From the NCBI GenBank assembly GCA_965261595.1, contig CBDHDG010000007.1, forward strand, positions 64,001 through 128,000: 64,000 bases of DNA, written 5' to 3'. Positions within the stretch are counted from its first letter, which is position 1. Each line of letters starts with the position of its first letter. Both the position numbers and the translations under genes were made by a program. The notes beneath the pieces were generated by a model. That model did no database searches. It was not told the origin of the DNA and saw only the letters and a program-made list of their open reading frames with translations. The stretch comes from a bacterium. Its GTDB lineage: Bacteria; UBA8248; JACPRG01; G963555815. Of the stretch, positions 38,276-49,321 are shown one piece after another.

Positions 38276-40993
38276 TTAATCGTCCTCGTCTTCGTCGTCC
38301 TCGTCTTCGTCCTCCTCGTCCTCGTCTTCATCATCTTCGTCTTCGTCCTTATCTTCCTCCGAAGCCGTGATAACGCCTTTGGGAATCCCCTTCACTTCGC
38401 CCTTGCCCCCGTCAAAATTGAGCAGGTAGTCCCTCAGGGCGACAATTTGTTTCCGGGCGTTCCCCTTCCAGACGTTCTCGAGCGGGCTCTCACCGCCGCT
38501 GAAAAAGCTCGGCATGCGCGTCCCCGCCTGGATCTTCTGGGGATCCTTCAGCCATTCAAGAATCCAGTCCGGCCGCAAACGGTCTTGAGCCATCGCGAGG
38601 TCCGGCGCCAAGTCGGCGAGACTCTGTCCCGCTTTCACCACTTGCTGGTGACATTCCAGACACTGGAATTTCTGGAAGATGAATTTCCCGACGGCGGCTT
38701 TTCCTTCGGGACCGCCCCGCCGCTCGGCGGAGACGAACTGATAGGGGTCGGTGAATTGGTAAGGGGTCTTCAGGTCCAGTTTTTTGTCCTGGGCCATAAA
38801 GTACCGGACCAAGTCGGCGGCCTCCTCATCCGTTAACCCGAACTTGGGCATCCAGATCCCATCGTTCAGCGCGGGACGCAACGGAATGGGTTTCTTCAGG
38901 AAGCTGAACAGCCACTTGGGTTGAACCTTAGCGCCCTCTCCGGTGAGGATCGGGGGCGTGAGGGCCTTGTCCTTGTAATAACGCCGGACGAAGCCGCCTT
39001 TTCCTTCGATGACATGGCAACCCACGCAGTTGTACTTCTCGACGAGCCTTCGTCCGCGCTCCAGGGCCGCCTTCCGCGGAGAGAGCTTTCGGACAAACTT
39101 TCCAGACATCTCGTGCCCGTTCCACCGCCGCAGAAATGTCCGCAGGGCCTTGGTGTTTTTGTCGCTCAGGTAGAAATTAGGCATCCGGAGGTCAATCCGG
39201 TCGGTGCTGAAGATCCTGGGATTTTTCAGCTTGGCGAAGACCCAAGCCTCCCACTCTTCATGAATCTCCGTCACGTCCCCGAAATCCAGCTCGCCGGGCG
39301 ACTTGTTGGCAAACGTTGTCAGCTCGACGCTCAGTCGGCCGAGCTTGGCCGTCTTCTCGATGTCGTGGCACCCGTAGCACCCGTAGGTCTCCACCAAGCG
39401 GCGACCTTCTTTGATGACGGCCAGATCCTTCATTCGGGCGGCCAGCCGGACGTCGGGTCGCGCGGGTTTGCCCCGGGCGAGAAGGTAGGAGGCGATGGCC
39501 TGCGCCTCGGCATCGGGCAGCTTCAAGCTGGGCATGACTGTCCCGGGGTCATAGTGCCTGGGGTTTTTCAACCAGTTGACCACCCAGTCGGGTTTGACCT
39601 TCATGGCCACGCGGCTCAGGTCGGGCCCGTGCGTTCCTCCTTTGCCGTCGATGTTGTGACACGCGAGACAGCCCCGGGTCTCGAACAGTCTTTTTCCGCG
39701 CTTGACCGATTCCCGCCGGTTGGGACCGGGATTGAACTTGTAGGGTCCGGAAGGCGGCAATTTTTTCGATGCGTCGACCAGGTAAGCGGAGATCGCCGTG
39801 GCTTGCGCGCGCGTCAAGGCGAAGTACGGCATCCCCGTCTTGGGCAGGTACTTTCGGGGTTCGAGAATCCAGGGGACCATCCACTCGGGGCGGAACTTTT
39901 CCGACGCCTTGAGGAGGGTCGGACCGACTTTGGGGATGTTCTCGTAACCCTCGAGCAGATGGCAGCCGTGGCAGCCGAGCTCGAGGAACAGACGCTTGCC
40001 CTTGGAGACGACCGGCGCTTCGGGAATATCGAGCGTCCGGCTGTGGCATTTCAGGCAGTTCGTCTGGATCTCATCGCCCCGCAGGAGCGGGGCTTCCCAA
40101 AACTTCAGGTGCTTGCCCGTCTTCAGGTCGATGCCGTGGGCCTTCGTCAGGCTGTTCAGCGCCGGCCCCTGTCCGCCGTGACACAGGGTGCAACCGAATT
40201 TCCCGACCGGATGTTTGCCCAAGAGAAGGGATCGGTTCGGGTGGGTCTTGAAAGGTGCCGGGAATTTGTCGAATCCACGACGATCCACCCCCAAATGGCA
40301 AGTCTGGCAACGGTCGACGGTCAAAAGCGGCTGTTCAAAGTTGTTGATCTCGATACCTTTAAGGACGACCTGTTGGATGGCGGACACCCGGCCTTGAATC
40401 GTGGCCAGACGCCTCTTTGAGGCGTCCTCCCGGTTTCCCAGATTCGATTTTTCATCTTTCAGGTCGCTGAGGGACTTCTCAATCCCCGCAATCTCCTCGA
40501 GGATCTTCGCCTCTTGTCCCATGAGCCTGGATTCCCGCGTGCCGAGGACGTCGGCGCGGGCGTTGAGGGCGTCGAAATGGGCTTTTTCGGCGGTCGCCGC
40601 CTCTCCCTCGTGGATGGCATGCTTGTATTCGTAGTAGGCCTCGTCTCGCTCGCTCCGGATGAACTTGTTTTCCAGCGAGACTTTCTCAAGCTTTTGCCGG
40701 GTGGCGGCCAGCCGGTTCTTGGCGGCCGCGTACGTGGCATTGGAGGCCAGGTCTTCCTCGGCCTTCTGAATGGCGGCGGTCAGCTTCGCCAAGCCCCCCG
40801 AAACCTTCGCGGTCTCAGCCTTGAGCTCGTCCCGCACCCTCTCGCCTTCCAGCCGGTTGAACTCCGCTTGGTAGTCCTTCCAGGGACGGCGGCCCTTGAT
40901 CTCATCCCAGAGGGACCAGCCGATGCTCAGGACCAGCAGCATGCTGGTGACGAAGAAAAAAAGCGATTTCGAGGTTCGTTCTACGGGGGGCAT
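38276..40993 (-). CDS. Membrane-anchored octaheme cytochrome c (Rieske/b complex subunit)
   Basis: Eight CxxCH motifs (CQTCH, CTLCH, CLKCH, CHGCH, CLACH, CYGCH, CVGCH, CLECH); N-terminal TM, coiled coil, D/E tail. Confidence 0.9.
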   Translation of the reverse strand: MPPVERTSKSLFFFVTSMLLVLSIGWSLWDEIKGRRPWKDYQAEFNRLEGERVRDELKAETAKVSGGLAKLTAAIQKAEEDLASNATYAAAKNRLAATRQKLEKVSLENKFIRSERDEAYYEYKHAIHEGEAATAEKAHFDALNARADVLGTRESRLMGQEAKILEEIAGIEKSLSDLKDEKSNLGNREDASKRRLATIQGRVSAIQQVVLKGIEINNFEQPLLTVDRCQTCHLGVDRRGFDKFPAPFKTHPNRSLLLGKHPVGKFGCTLCHGGQGPALNSLTKAHGIDLKTGKHLKFWEAPLLRGDEIQTNCLKCHSRTLDIPEAPVVSKGKRLFLELGCHGCHLLEGYENIPKVGPTLLKASEKFRPEWMVPWILEPRKYLPKTGMPYFALTRAQATAISAYLVDASKKLPPSGPYKFNPGPNRRESVKRGKRLFETRGCLACHNIDGKGGTHGPDLSRVAMKVKPDWVVNWLKNPRHYDPGTVMPSLKLPDAEAQAIASYLLARGKPARPDVRLAARMKDLAVIKEGRRLVETYGCYGCHDIEKTAKLGRLSVELTTFANKSPGELDFGDVTEIHEEWEAWVFAKLKNPRIFSTDRIDLRMPNFYLSDKNTKALRTFLRRWNGHEMSGKFVRKLSPRKAALERGRRLVEKYNCVGCHVIEGKGGFVRRYYKDKALTPPILTGEGAKVQPKWLFSFLKKPIPLRPALNDGIWMPKFGLTDEEAADLVRYFMAQDKKLDLKTPYQFTDPYQFVSAERRGGPEGKAAVGKFIFQKFQCLECHQQVVKAGQSLADLAPDLAMAQDRLRPDWILEWLKDPQKIQAGTRMPSFFSGGESPLENVWKGNARKQIVALRDYLLNFDGGKGEVKGIPKGVITASEEDKDEDEDDEDEDEEDEDEDDEDEDD

Positions 40994-41023
40994 CGATTCA
41001 CCGGATAGTCAACGGGGGGACAC

Positions 41024-41917
41024 TCAGATATTGAACCAGGGCGTGACCCAGATGTATTTGATGTTGAAGGCGATTCGAAGGAACGCCTTGATGGGCACAG
41101 CCATCATGGTCAGGAACAGGAAGGCCTTCAGGGCGTATCGGGTGATCCCCACGTTTTGGTATCCGCCCGTTTTCATCCGGAAAAGGTACCAGAGAACACC
41201 CAGAAAATAGTAGCCCGATACGAATAAGGCCCCGATGTGAAAAGCCGGGGAAGTCAGAAACGTCTCGACCTTCCCGGACGGCTCCATCTTGAATCCGAAG
41301 ACCGAAGGCAAATCGATGTTCGTCAGGGCGACGACCTTGTGCGGGTCCCATTTCTGGCCCGGCAGGAAGAAGTTCCACCCCGGACCCCGGAGAAAAACGC
41401 CGTTGATGATGAGAACGATCCAAAGGATGGCGAATCCGAACAGGAAGATCAGGATCGCCACCTTGCGCTCAGCGAAGGTGTAATACCCGTTGCCGTTCGG
41501 GTTGATGTCAACGAAGGGGATTACCATCAGTCCGACAATGATCAAGCTCGGCAGGACCACCCCGGCCATCCAGGGATCGAAATAGACCAGCATCTCTTGG
41601 AGCCCCAGGAAATACCAGGGGGCTTTGGAGGGATTCGGGGTCAAGGCGGGGTTGGCCGGCTCCTCGAGCGGCGCGTCGAGTCCGACGGACCAGACCGTGA
41701 GCAGAATCATGATCACCAGGCAGCAGAGAAACTCCGCCCGCACCAGATAGGGCCAGACGTGGACCTTGTCGGCCTCCCGCGTCCGCGTCCGCTTCGCGAC
41801 CCGGAACTGGCCCACCGTCTGCGCGGCCGGCGACCCTACGGCGTCGGGATTCTGGGGCGTAGGGGCTTGATCCGCCTGATCTTCAGGATTAACGGGGGCC
41901 TTCTTGCGTTTCGCCAT
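41024..41917 (-). CDS. petD: Cytochrome b C-terminal subunit (subunit IV-like)
   Basis: VWPYLV, APLEEPANP..TPNPSKAPWYFLGLQE, TM helices. Confidence 0.82.
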   Translation of the reverse strand: MAKRKKAPVNPEDQADQAPTPQNPDAVGSPAAQTVGQFRVAKRTRTREADKVHVWPYLVRAEFLCCLVIMILLTVWSVGLDAPLEEPANPALTPNPSKAPWYFLGLQEMLVYFDPWMAGVVLPSLIIVGLMVIPFVDINPNGNGYYTFAERKVAILIFLFGFAILWIVLIINGVFLRGPGWNFFLPGQKWDPHKVVALTNIDLPSVFGFKMEPSGKVETFLTSPAFHIGALFVSGYYFLGVLWYLFRMKTGGYQNVGITRYALKAFLFLTMMAVPIKAFLRIAFNIKYIWVTPWFNI

Positions 41918-41997
41918 TCCGCCTCACCGAGTGGGGAATTTCCGTGCAAGGACCCCCCGACAGCGTGGATGCTGAAACCGAGCGGGTCGGGCCGATC

Positions 41998-42783
41998 TCA
42001 GAGCGGCCCGGAGATTCCCCCGTCCTTCCGAATGCGCCAAAAATGGACGATCATCAACAATCCGGCCACAATGGGCAGGACGATGCAGTGCAAAACGTAA
42101 AACCGCAGCAGCGCGGGAGGACCGACAAGCGAGCCGCCGATCAGGGCCGATCGGGCGTCGAAACGGGGCGTCACCCCGACCAGATCGCCCAAGGGTCCCT
42201 CATGCCCGAGAAGCGGCGTCGCCCGCGCCATGTTCGTCCCGACGGTCACGGCCCAGATGGAAAGCTGGTCCCACGGAAGCAGGTAGCCGGTGAAGCTCAG
42301 GAGCAACGTGAACACCAGCAAAAGCACCCCAATCACCCAGTTGAATTCTCGGGGGGGCTTATAGGAGCCGGTCATGAAGACCCGGAACATGTGAAGCCAG
42401 ACCGTGATGACCATCGCGTGGGCCGCCCAGCGGTGCATGTTCCGCATGAGCATCCCGAAAGGCGCGTCGAACTCGAGATACTTGATGTCGGCATAGGCGT
42501 ACTCGCCCACCGGCCGGTAGTAGAACATCAAAACCACGCCGGTCACCGTCAGCACCAGAAACATGAGGAAGGTGATCCCGCCCATGCACCAGGTAAAACG
42601 CACCCGGAGTGCGTGACGCCGGATCTTCGCGGGATGCAGATGAAGCCAGACATTGTTGGCCACCTGAAGAACGCGATTCCTCGGCGTGTCGGCGTATCCA
42701 TGCCGGAACATGGATTTCCACACGTAGGACTCGAACATCATCCGCTTCAATTCAGCCAAGCTGGGCACGTTCAATTTCGGCAC
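41998..42783 (-). CDS. petB: Cytochrome b6-like N-terminal subunit
   Basis: [51 protein letters not shown]. Confidence 0.9.
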   Translation of the reverse strand: MPKLNVPSLAELKRMMFESYVWKSMFRHGYADTPRNRVLQVANNVWLHLHPAKIRRHALRVRFTWCMGGITFLMFLVLTVTGVVLMFYYRPVGEYAYADIKYLEFDAPFGMLMRNMHRWAAHAMVITVWLHMFRVFMTGSYKPPREFNWVIGVLLLVFTLLLSFTGYLLPWDQLSIWAVTVGTNMARATPLLGHEGPLGDLVGVTPRFDARSALIGGSLVGPPALLRFYVLHCIVLPIVAGLLMIVHFWRIRKDGGISGPL

Positions 42784-42793
42784 GGCTCTTTCC

Positions 42794-43327
42794 TCAGACC
42801 TTCAGGCTGGCGTCCGGATGGCTCCACTGCCCTTTTTCCTGCCGGAATGTCTTTCCCTTGTCGATGACGATCTCCCCCTCCTCATTCAGGGCGATCTTGA
42901 CCCGTTCGAGGGGACGGGGCGCGGGGCCCTCGAAATTCACCCCGGACTTGCGGAAACCGCTTCCGTGGCAGGGGCATTTGAACTTTTTCTCGGAGGCCAG
43001 CCAGCGGGGCGTGCACCCCAGGTGCGTACAGATGGCCAGCAAGGTATAGAAGCCCTCTTTCTCCCGGACAATCCACACCCGCTTGGAGAGTTTGAACTTC
43101 TCGCTGACGACCCCGACGACGTAATTGTCCGGTTTCCCCGCGTTGAAAACCTTCGAGGGCTCGAACAAAACCCGCGGGAACATGAAGCGCAGGAACCCCA
43201 GACCGCCGACGGCTAAGGAGAGGAAGAACCCTCCCCAGGCCGCCACGGAGAGAAAGTGCCTCCGGGCGAAGGTGTCGCGTTCGGTTCTGAGCCGCGGGAC
43301 GCGGGCGTCTTGAATGTGTTCGGTCAT
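42794..43327 (-). CDS. petC: Rieske 2Fe-2S subunit
   Basis: Tat motif ARRHFL; CTHLGC and CPCHGS; GPAPRPL. Confidence 0.9.
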   Translation of the reverse strand: MTEHIQDARVPRLRTERDTFARRHFLSVAAWGGFFLSLAVGGLGFLRFMFPRVLFEPSKVFNAGKPDNYVVGVVSEKFKLSKRVWIVREKEGFYTLLAICTHLGCTPRWLASEKKFKCPCHGSGFRKSGVNFEGPAPRPLERVKIALNEEGEIVIDKGKTFRQEKGQWSHPDASLKV

Positions 43328-43742
43328 GCTTTCAACGAGCGATTCAGCGGGACAACGCGCTCATGCCGCTTCCGTGATGAGTTTCACGAAGCCCGGGGCG
43401 CCAGTCTTCCCGCTTGCGTCAAATTGGATTCCCTGTCGGAGTGCGCGATGGTTTGATTCGCCTGTCCGTCGGATTACGGGATTCCGAGAGACCCAGATTC
43501 GGAAAGGGGGTGGCGGATACCGCCCCCTGATTCCATATTTCCGTTGTCAAAATATATCAACCGGCGGCTCGACTTGTCAACTCGAATTTCCGCCTCTCCC
43601 GCCGGGTCCTGTCGCGAAGGACGCCCATTTTGACTCGGCGTCCCGCGGTCACGTAAGATTCGGTCCGTCAAAAGGTTTTTATCAAAGCGGAGCCGCGGAC
43701 TCCACGGGGGCGAATTCTTCGGGACCGAAGGGGAACAGGGCG

Positions 43743-44281
43743 ATGAAGACGGTTCTTCCCCTCGCGGCCGCGCTGATCATCCTGGCCGGCTGCGGCCCGG
43801 CGGTGAAAGAAAGAACTTCGCCCGCTCGAACCGGCGGCCGGCGGCCGATGCGGATCGGGGCGGCGAATCGGCCGTCCGAAAGCCCGATGCCCGGAGCGTC
43901 GGCGGGGCGGAAAGGCCGAAACGAGATTCCCCGGATTCTCCGGACGCCCTGCGCCGGGACCGGGACCGCCTGAGGCGGGAGCTGAGCCGGCTCTACGGCG
44001 AGCGGCGCCGCCGCGACGCGGAGCTGGGGCTGACGAAGGATTTTCTGGCCGACCTGTTCGGCGCCCTTCAGTCGGAGGATTACCCGCGGGCCATGGCCTC
44101 CATCGACCGCTTTCTTCGCGCCCACCCCGGCCATTCCCTGGGTCCTCCGATCTCGGCCCTTCGTCCGACGGTGGAAAAGCTCCAAGCCGGCGCCGCCGAG
44201 CGGGAGGCCTTGCGGGAAGAGATCCGCAGCCTCAAAGACATTCAGCTCCGCTTCGACGATCTCCGAAAAGAGGGCTCCTGA
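43743..44281 (+). pseudogene. Lipoprotein (QseG/YfhG-like), frameshifted
   Basis: Lipobox LAGC; a helical C-terminal part ending LREEIRSLKDIQL lies in another frame. Confidence 0.5.
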
Positions 44282-44338
44282 GCGCCCTCCCCCATCTCTC
44301 CCGCCCGCGAGGAATCCGTCATCGAGACCCGACCGCCG

Positions 44339-45790
44339 ATGCCCTCTCCTTTGAAATCCCTGAAGGCCCTTCTGGTCGATGACGACGAGAACATCCTCCA
44401 CACCCTCGGCATGCGTCTGGAGGCCCAGGGCGCGGAGGTGAGGACGGCCGCAGACGGGGTCGAGGCCGTGGAGACGGCGGCCGCGTTCCGACCCGACGTG
44501 ATCCTGCTGGACCTCAAGATGCCCCGGATGGGGGGGCTGGCGGCCCTTCGCGAAATCCGGAAACTCGACTTCCCCTGTCAGGTCGTGGTCCTGACGGCGC
44601 ACGGAACCACCGCCAACGCCGTGGAGGCCATGCGGGAGGGGGCCGTCGATTTCCTCGAAAAGCCTTTGGACCCGGATCAGCTTTCCGTCCTGTTCCAGAA
44701 AGTAGCCGCGCGAAGCGCCCCCAAGGCCCCCGCATCCGTCGGCCCCGGGCCGGACGGCGGCGGAGCGGTGGAAGGTGGTCCGGGGCCAACCGCTTTGTCC
44801 CCCGATGAATTGCGTCACGAGGCCGAGCGCCAGTTCATCGGCGAGGCCCCCGGCGTCCGCCGCGTCCGGGCGCTGCTCCTTCAGGCCGCGCCCACAGAAG
44901 CGCCCATCCTCCTTGCCGGCGAGAGCGGCGTGGGCAAAGAGGTGGTGGCCCGGACGATCCACGTGCTGAGCACCCGGCGGAACGCCCCCTTTGTCGCCCT
45001 CAACTGCGCGGCCATTCCGGAAACCCTGTTCGAAAGCGAGGTCTTCGGCCATGAGCGCGGCGCCTTCACGGGAGCGACGGCCAAACGGGCGGGGGCATTC
45101 GAGGTGGCCCACGGAGGAACGCTCTTTCTCGACGAGGTGGCCGAGATGCCGCCCGACTTGCAGGTCAAGTTTCTCCGCGTCCTCGAAACCGGCCGGTTCC
45201 GCCTCCTGGGCGGAAGAGAGGAGATGGAGGTGGACGTTCGCGTCGTGGCGGCGACCAACCGAAATCTGCACGAGGCCATCGAGGAAGGAAGACTGCGCAA
45301 GGACCTCTTTTACCGGCTGAACGTCTTCACGATCTTTCTGCCTCCCCTTCGGGAGCGGCTGGAAGACCTCCAGAACCTCACGGACCATTTCATCAAGATG
45401 TTCAATGCCCGGTACAAGAAATCGGTCGGCGGATTTTCCGCGGAAAGCTGGGGGCTGATGCGGGGGTATGCCTGGCCGGGAAACGTTCGGGAGCTTCGAA
45501 ACGTCATCGAGCGCGCGGTGATTTTGTGTTCGGGGGCTGAAGCGGGGCCGGAGCATCTGCCCGAAGAGCTGACCCGGCCGCCGGGGGACGCCGGAAACGA
45601 CGAGTCCTCCGCCAGGATGGTCTCCGTTCCGCTGGGGCCGCTGTCGCGGGTGGAGGAGCGGCTCATCGCCCGGGCCCTCGACGAAACCAAAGGCAAAAAA
45701 CCCGAGGCGGCGCGGATTCTCGAAATCAGCCTGAAGACGTTTTATAATAAGCTCAAGAAGATGAAGGAGGATCCGGAGAAGGACGCGTAG
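44339..45790 (+). CDS. Sigma-54-dependent response regulator (NtrC/GlrR family)
   Basis: REC (LVDDD, DLKMP), GESGVGKE, GAFTGA, WPGNVREL, Fis-type HTH. Confidence 0.95.
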   Translation: MPSPLKSLKALLVDDDENILHTLGMRLEAQGAEVRTAADGVEAVETAAAFRPDVILLDLKMPRMGGLAALREIRKLDFPCQVVVLTAHGTTANAVEAMREGAVDFLEKPLDPDQLSVLFQKVAARSAPKAPASVGPGPDGGGAVEGGPGPTALSPDELRHEAERQFIGEAPGVRRVRALLLQAAPTEAPILLAGESGVGKEVVARTIHVLSTRRNAPFVALNCAAIPETLFESEVFGHERGAFTGATAKRAGAFEVAHGGTLFLDEVAEMPPDLQVKFLRVLETGRFRLLGGREEMEVDVRVVAATNRNLHEAIEEGRLRKDLFYRLNVFTIFLPPLRERLEDLQNLTDHFIKMFNARYKKSVGGFSAESWGLMRGYAWPGNVRELRNVIERAVILCSGAEAGPEHLPEELTRPPGDAGNDESSARMVSVPLGPLSRVEERLIARALDETKGKKPEAARILEISLKTFYNKLKKMKEDPEKDA

Positions 45791-45902
45791 ACCATGGGCG
45801 GTCCACGCCCATCCCTCCGACCCGAGGCGCTGAAGTTTCGCGGCCGGGCGCTTCTCCAAGCCGAATCTCCCGAGGGGGAAGGGAAACATCGAGGAGAGTT
45901 GA

Positions 45903-46403
45903 ATGCCATTGACCGAAACGGAGCGAAGTTGGGTCCTGGAATTTCTCGAAAAGGTGAAAACCTCCTTTTCCGATGACGGCCGATTCTCGGAAGCCCATGA
46001 TCGGGACCCGGGCCTCCCCGACCAAGAGCCCCCCGAGCCGGAGGTCTGGCTGACCATCTGGGAAAATACCTGGATTCGCGTGAATCCTCATCCCGAACAG
46101 GCGGGCGTCCAGGTGTCTCTCGCCACGCGCGCCCGCAACGTGAGCGAGGCCATCGAGGGCAACGCCCTCCAACTGGGGGATTCCTTCGAGGAGCTGCTGG
46201 AAGACGGCCTGGAGGACGCGGGCGAGGAGAACGTCTACGGCGTTTATCATTATCACGACAGCGGCGTCTTCTACTTCCAGTCCGAGCTGCCGCTTCCCGG
46301 CGGTTGGGCGGACCTGAAAACCGATTCGGTCAGGGAGAGGGTGTGCAAGCTGGCCCTGGGCTACCCCCTCGGGTTTGGCCGGTTCTTCATGGAGGAAGAT
46401 TAA
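45903..46403 (+). CDS. Hypothetical acidic protein
   Basis: GAGGAG RBS; GC3-biased 166-aa ORF. Confidence 0.65.
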   Translation: MPLTETERSWVLEFLEKVKTSFSDDGRFSEAHDRDPGLPDQEPPEPEVWLTIWENTWIRVNPHPEQAGVQVSLATRARNVSEAIEGNALQLGDSFEELLEDGLEDAGEENVYGVYHYHDSGVFYFQSELPLPGGWADLKTDSVRERVCKLALGYPLGFGRFFMEED

Positions 46404-46508
46404 GGGGAGAGGCCACGGGCGCCGGAAACGCGGCCCGCGGCGTTCATGCGAGTCGTGCGCGGGATGGCCGAAGCGCCGGACGGATGCGTTCATGGGGAGA
46501 AGACGACC

Positions 46509-47157
46509 ATGTCCGAGACCATCAAATATCTTCTGGCCGAGGAGGAGATTCCGGAGAGCTGGTACAACATCGCGGCCGATCTGCCGAAACCGGTTCCGCC
46601 GCCGCTTCATCCCGGAACGGGCGCGCCCATCGGCCCTGAGGATCTCGCGCCGCTTTTTCCGATGGCGCTCATCGAGCAGGAGGTCAGCACCGAGCGCGAG
46701 ATCGAGATCCCAAAGGAGGTGCGGCGGATCTATCGCCAATGGCGCCCCTCGCCGCTCTATCGCGCCCGGCGCTTCGAGCGCGCGCTCGATACGCCGGCGA
46801 AGATCTATTACAAGTACGAAGGCGTCAGCCCGAGCGGCAGCCACAAGACCAACACCGCCGTCGCGCAGGCCTATTACAACAAGGCCGCCGGGGTGAAACG
46901 CCTCACGACCGAGACCGGCGCCGGCCAGTGGGGCGCGGCGCTCGCCTTCGCCGGGTCGCTGTTCGATCTGGAAATCAGCGTCTACATGGTCAAGATCAGC
47001 TACGAGCAGAAACCCTACCGCAGGGCGATCATGGAGGCCTACGGCGCGCGATGCGTGCCCAGCCCGAGCGACGAAGACCGAATCGGGGCGGGCCATCCTT
47101 GCCGAAGACCCGGACAGCCTGGGCAGCCTCGGGATGGCGATCAGCGAGGCGGTCGAG
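46509..47157 (+). pseudogene. trpB: TrpB2-type PLP enzyme, 5' half only
   Basis: [44 protein letters not shown]; frameshift near 47075; sequence then switches to a nitrilase. Confidence 0.85.
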
Positions 47158-48028
47158 CTCGATCACGTGAAGTTCGCGAATGAATGCGCCATCGACATCC
47201 CGGGCGAGGAGACCGAGGCGTTGGGGAAGATGGCGCGCGAGTATGATTCATTCATCATGGCGCAGGCCAAGGCGCGCCACCCCGATCTCAAGGACCGTTT
47301 CTTCAACGTCGACTTCATCCTGGACCCGAAGGGGGAGGTCATCCTCGTCCACTACAAGGTCTCGCCGCTCTTCCCCGTGGAGCATTCCGCGCTGCCCGCA
47401 CGACATCTACGACTGGTGGATCGAGAAATACGGAAACAACCTGGACGCGTTCTGGCCGGTGGCGGACACCGAAATCGGCCGGCTGGGCATCATGATGGCC
47501 AACGAGGGCTCCTACCCCGAGAACGCCCGGGCCCTGGCGTTGAACGGCGCCGAGGTGGTCTACCGCGCGTCGTATCCCCATCCGGCGACCGGCAACGAGA
47601 TCTTCGAGATCCAGAGCCGCGCCCGCGCGCTGGACAACAACATGTACATCGTCGCGCCCAACATGGGGACGTATTACCTATTCGCGGAGGAGGACACCCC
47701 CATCGACACCTTCGGGGGACGGTCCTTCATCATCAACCACAAGGGGCAGATCGTCGGCAAGCAGGAGTACGGCGCGGGCTCCACATACGTCGCGGGGGTG
47801 ATCGACATCGAGGCCATGCGCGACCACCGCGCCCGGGCCCAGTGGAACAACTGGATAAAAGACCTGCGGACAGAGCTCTATCAGATCGTCTATGATCAGC
47901 CCATCTATCCCAAGAACCTGTACCTGGACCGGGCGCCGATGAAGCACGCCGAATACCGGGAAAAGGTCAACCAGCGGCAGATCGACCTGATGCACGAGCG
48001 GGACATCTGGGTGAAGCCCGGGCGGTGA
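47158..48028 (+). pseudogene. Nitrilase-superfamily C-N hydrolase, 5'-truncated and frameshifted near 47390
   Basis: RFFN, HYK, VADTEIGRLGIMMANEG, RARALDN, GGRSFII. Confidence 0.78.
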
Positions 48029-48100
48029 GTGGCCATCGTCGATCCATCAACCCGACCGGCGGCCGGCAGCCCGGGGCCGAGAAATGAAGGAGACTTTCGA

Positions 48101-49093
48101 ATGACCATGCGGGCCATGATTATCGAGGAGCTGGGCGGAGCGGAGGTCTTCAAGTCGGCCACGATCCCCCGGCCCGAAACGAAGCCGGGACACCTGCTCA
48201 TCCGGGTGGAGGCGACGAGCGTCAACCCGCTGGACTGCAAGCTCAGAAGCATTCCATTGCCGTTCTCTTCGCCGCTGCCCGCGGTTCTGCATGGCGATGT
48301 AGCCGGCGTTGTAGAGGCCGTGGGCGAGGGGGTTTCGGATTTTCAGGCGGGGGACGAGGTCTATGCATGCGCCGGAGGGGTCGGCCGTTACAGCGGCGCC
48401 CTGGCGGAGTGCATGGCGGTCGATGCGGATCTGGCCGCGCACAAGCCCCGCTCCCTGTCCATGGCCGAGGCGGCGGCGCTTCCGCTGGTGGCCCTGACAG
48501 CCTGGGAATCGCTCTTCGATCGGGCCGGGGTCGAGGCGGGCGACAAGGTCCTGATCCACGCGGCGGCCGGGGGCGTGGGGCATGTGGCGATCCAACTGGC
48601 GAAATGGCGGGGCGCGGAAGTGTTCGCGACGGCCAGCTCGGACGAAAAGATGAAGATCGCCAGCGATCTCGGCGTGGACGCCGCGATCAACTATAAGCAG
48701 GATTCCGTTGCCGATTACGTGGGGGCCCACACCGGAGGCCGGGGGTTCGACGTGGTCTTCGACACCGTGGGCGGGGACAACCTGGAGCGCAGCTTCGAAG
48801 CCGCGAGGATCATGGGCGCCGTGGTGACGATCGCGGGCGGCGGAGAGCACAACCTGATGTTGATGCAGGGAAAGGGCCTGACGTTGCACTTCGAGTCCAT
48901 GCTCTTCCCCTTGCTTGGGGGCTCCGGCCGGGCCGAGCAGGGGAAGATCTTGCGGGAGACGGCGAAGCTCGTGGACGAGGGCAAGCTGAAACCGCTCATC
49001 GACCCCAACGTCTTCACCATCGATCGGGTCGCCGAGGCGCACCGCCATCTGGAGTCGGGGAAGGCGGTGGGGAAGGTCGTCCTGACTTGGTGA
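48101..49093 (+). CDS. Zinc-independent MDR quinone oxidoreductase
   Basis: SVNPLDCK, LHGDVAGVV, IHAAAGGVG, FDTVGG, GKAVGKVVL. Confidence 0.92.
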   Translation: MTMRAMIIEELGGAEVFKSATIPRPETKPGHLLIRVEATSVNPLDCKLRSIPLPFSSPLPAVLHGDVAGVVEAVGEGVSDFQAGDEVYACAGGVGRYSGALAECMAVDADLAAHKPRSLSMAEAAALPLVALTAWESLFDRAGVEAGDKVLIHAAAGGVGHVAIQLAKWRGAEVFATASSDEKMKIASDLGVDAAINYKQDSVADYVGAHTGGRGFDVVFDTVGGDNLERSFEAARIMGAVVTIAGGGEHNLMLMQGKGLTLHFESMLFPLLGGSGRAEQGKILRETAKLVDEGKLKPLIDPNVFTIDRVAEAHRHLESGKAVGKVVLTW

Positions 49094-49139
49094 CACGCCC
49101 GTGTGTGATCGGCCATTGGATTGTCGGCCAACGCATCGG

Positions 49140-49310
49140 GGCGGGTGCGGGAGTCCACTGACTCTCGCCCCCTCATCATCGGCGAATACAAACCCCGGCG
49201 ACACCGCCGCTCGCATCAAAGCGAACTCCCCACCCTCCCCCTTCCTCGGGATGGGGCTTGAGACTGAGCGCCTTCTTGATCTCCTTGACCGTGAGACCGG
49301 GGGGATTGAT
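49140..49310 (-). pseudogene. Cupin_5 (DUF985) remnant with internal deletion
   Basis: N-terminal LSLKPHPEEGG joined out of frame to C-terminal FALMRAAVSPGFVFADDE. Confidence 0.6.
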
Positions 49311-49321
49311 AGGCGGCAATC

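Noticed and set aside
38279..38360. TCGTCC/TCGTCT repeat as a non-coding repeat element
   Set aside because: It encodes the D/E tail of the octaheme cytochrome.
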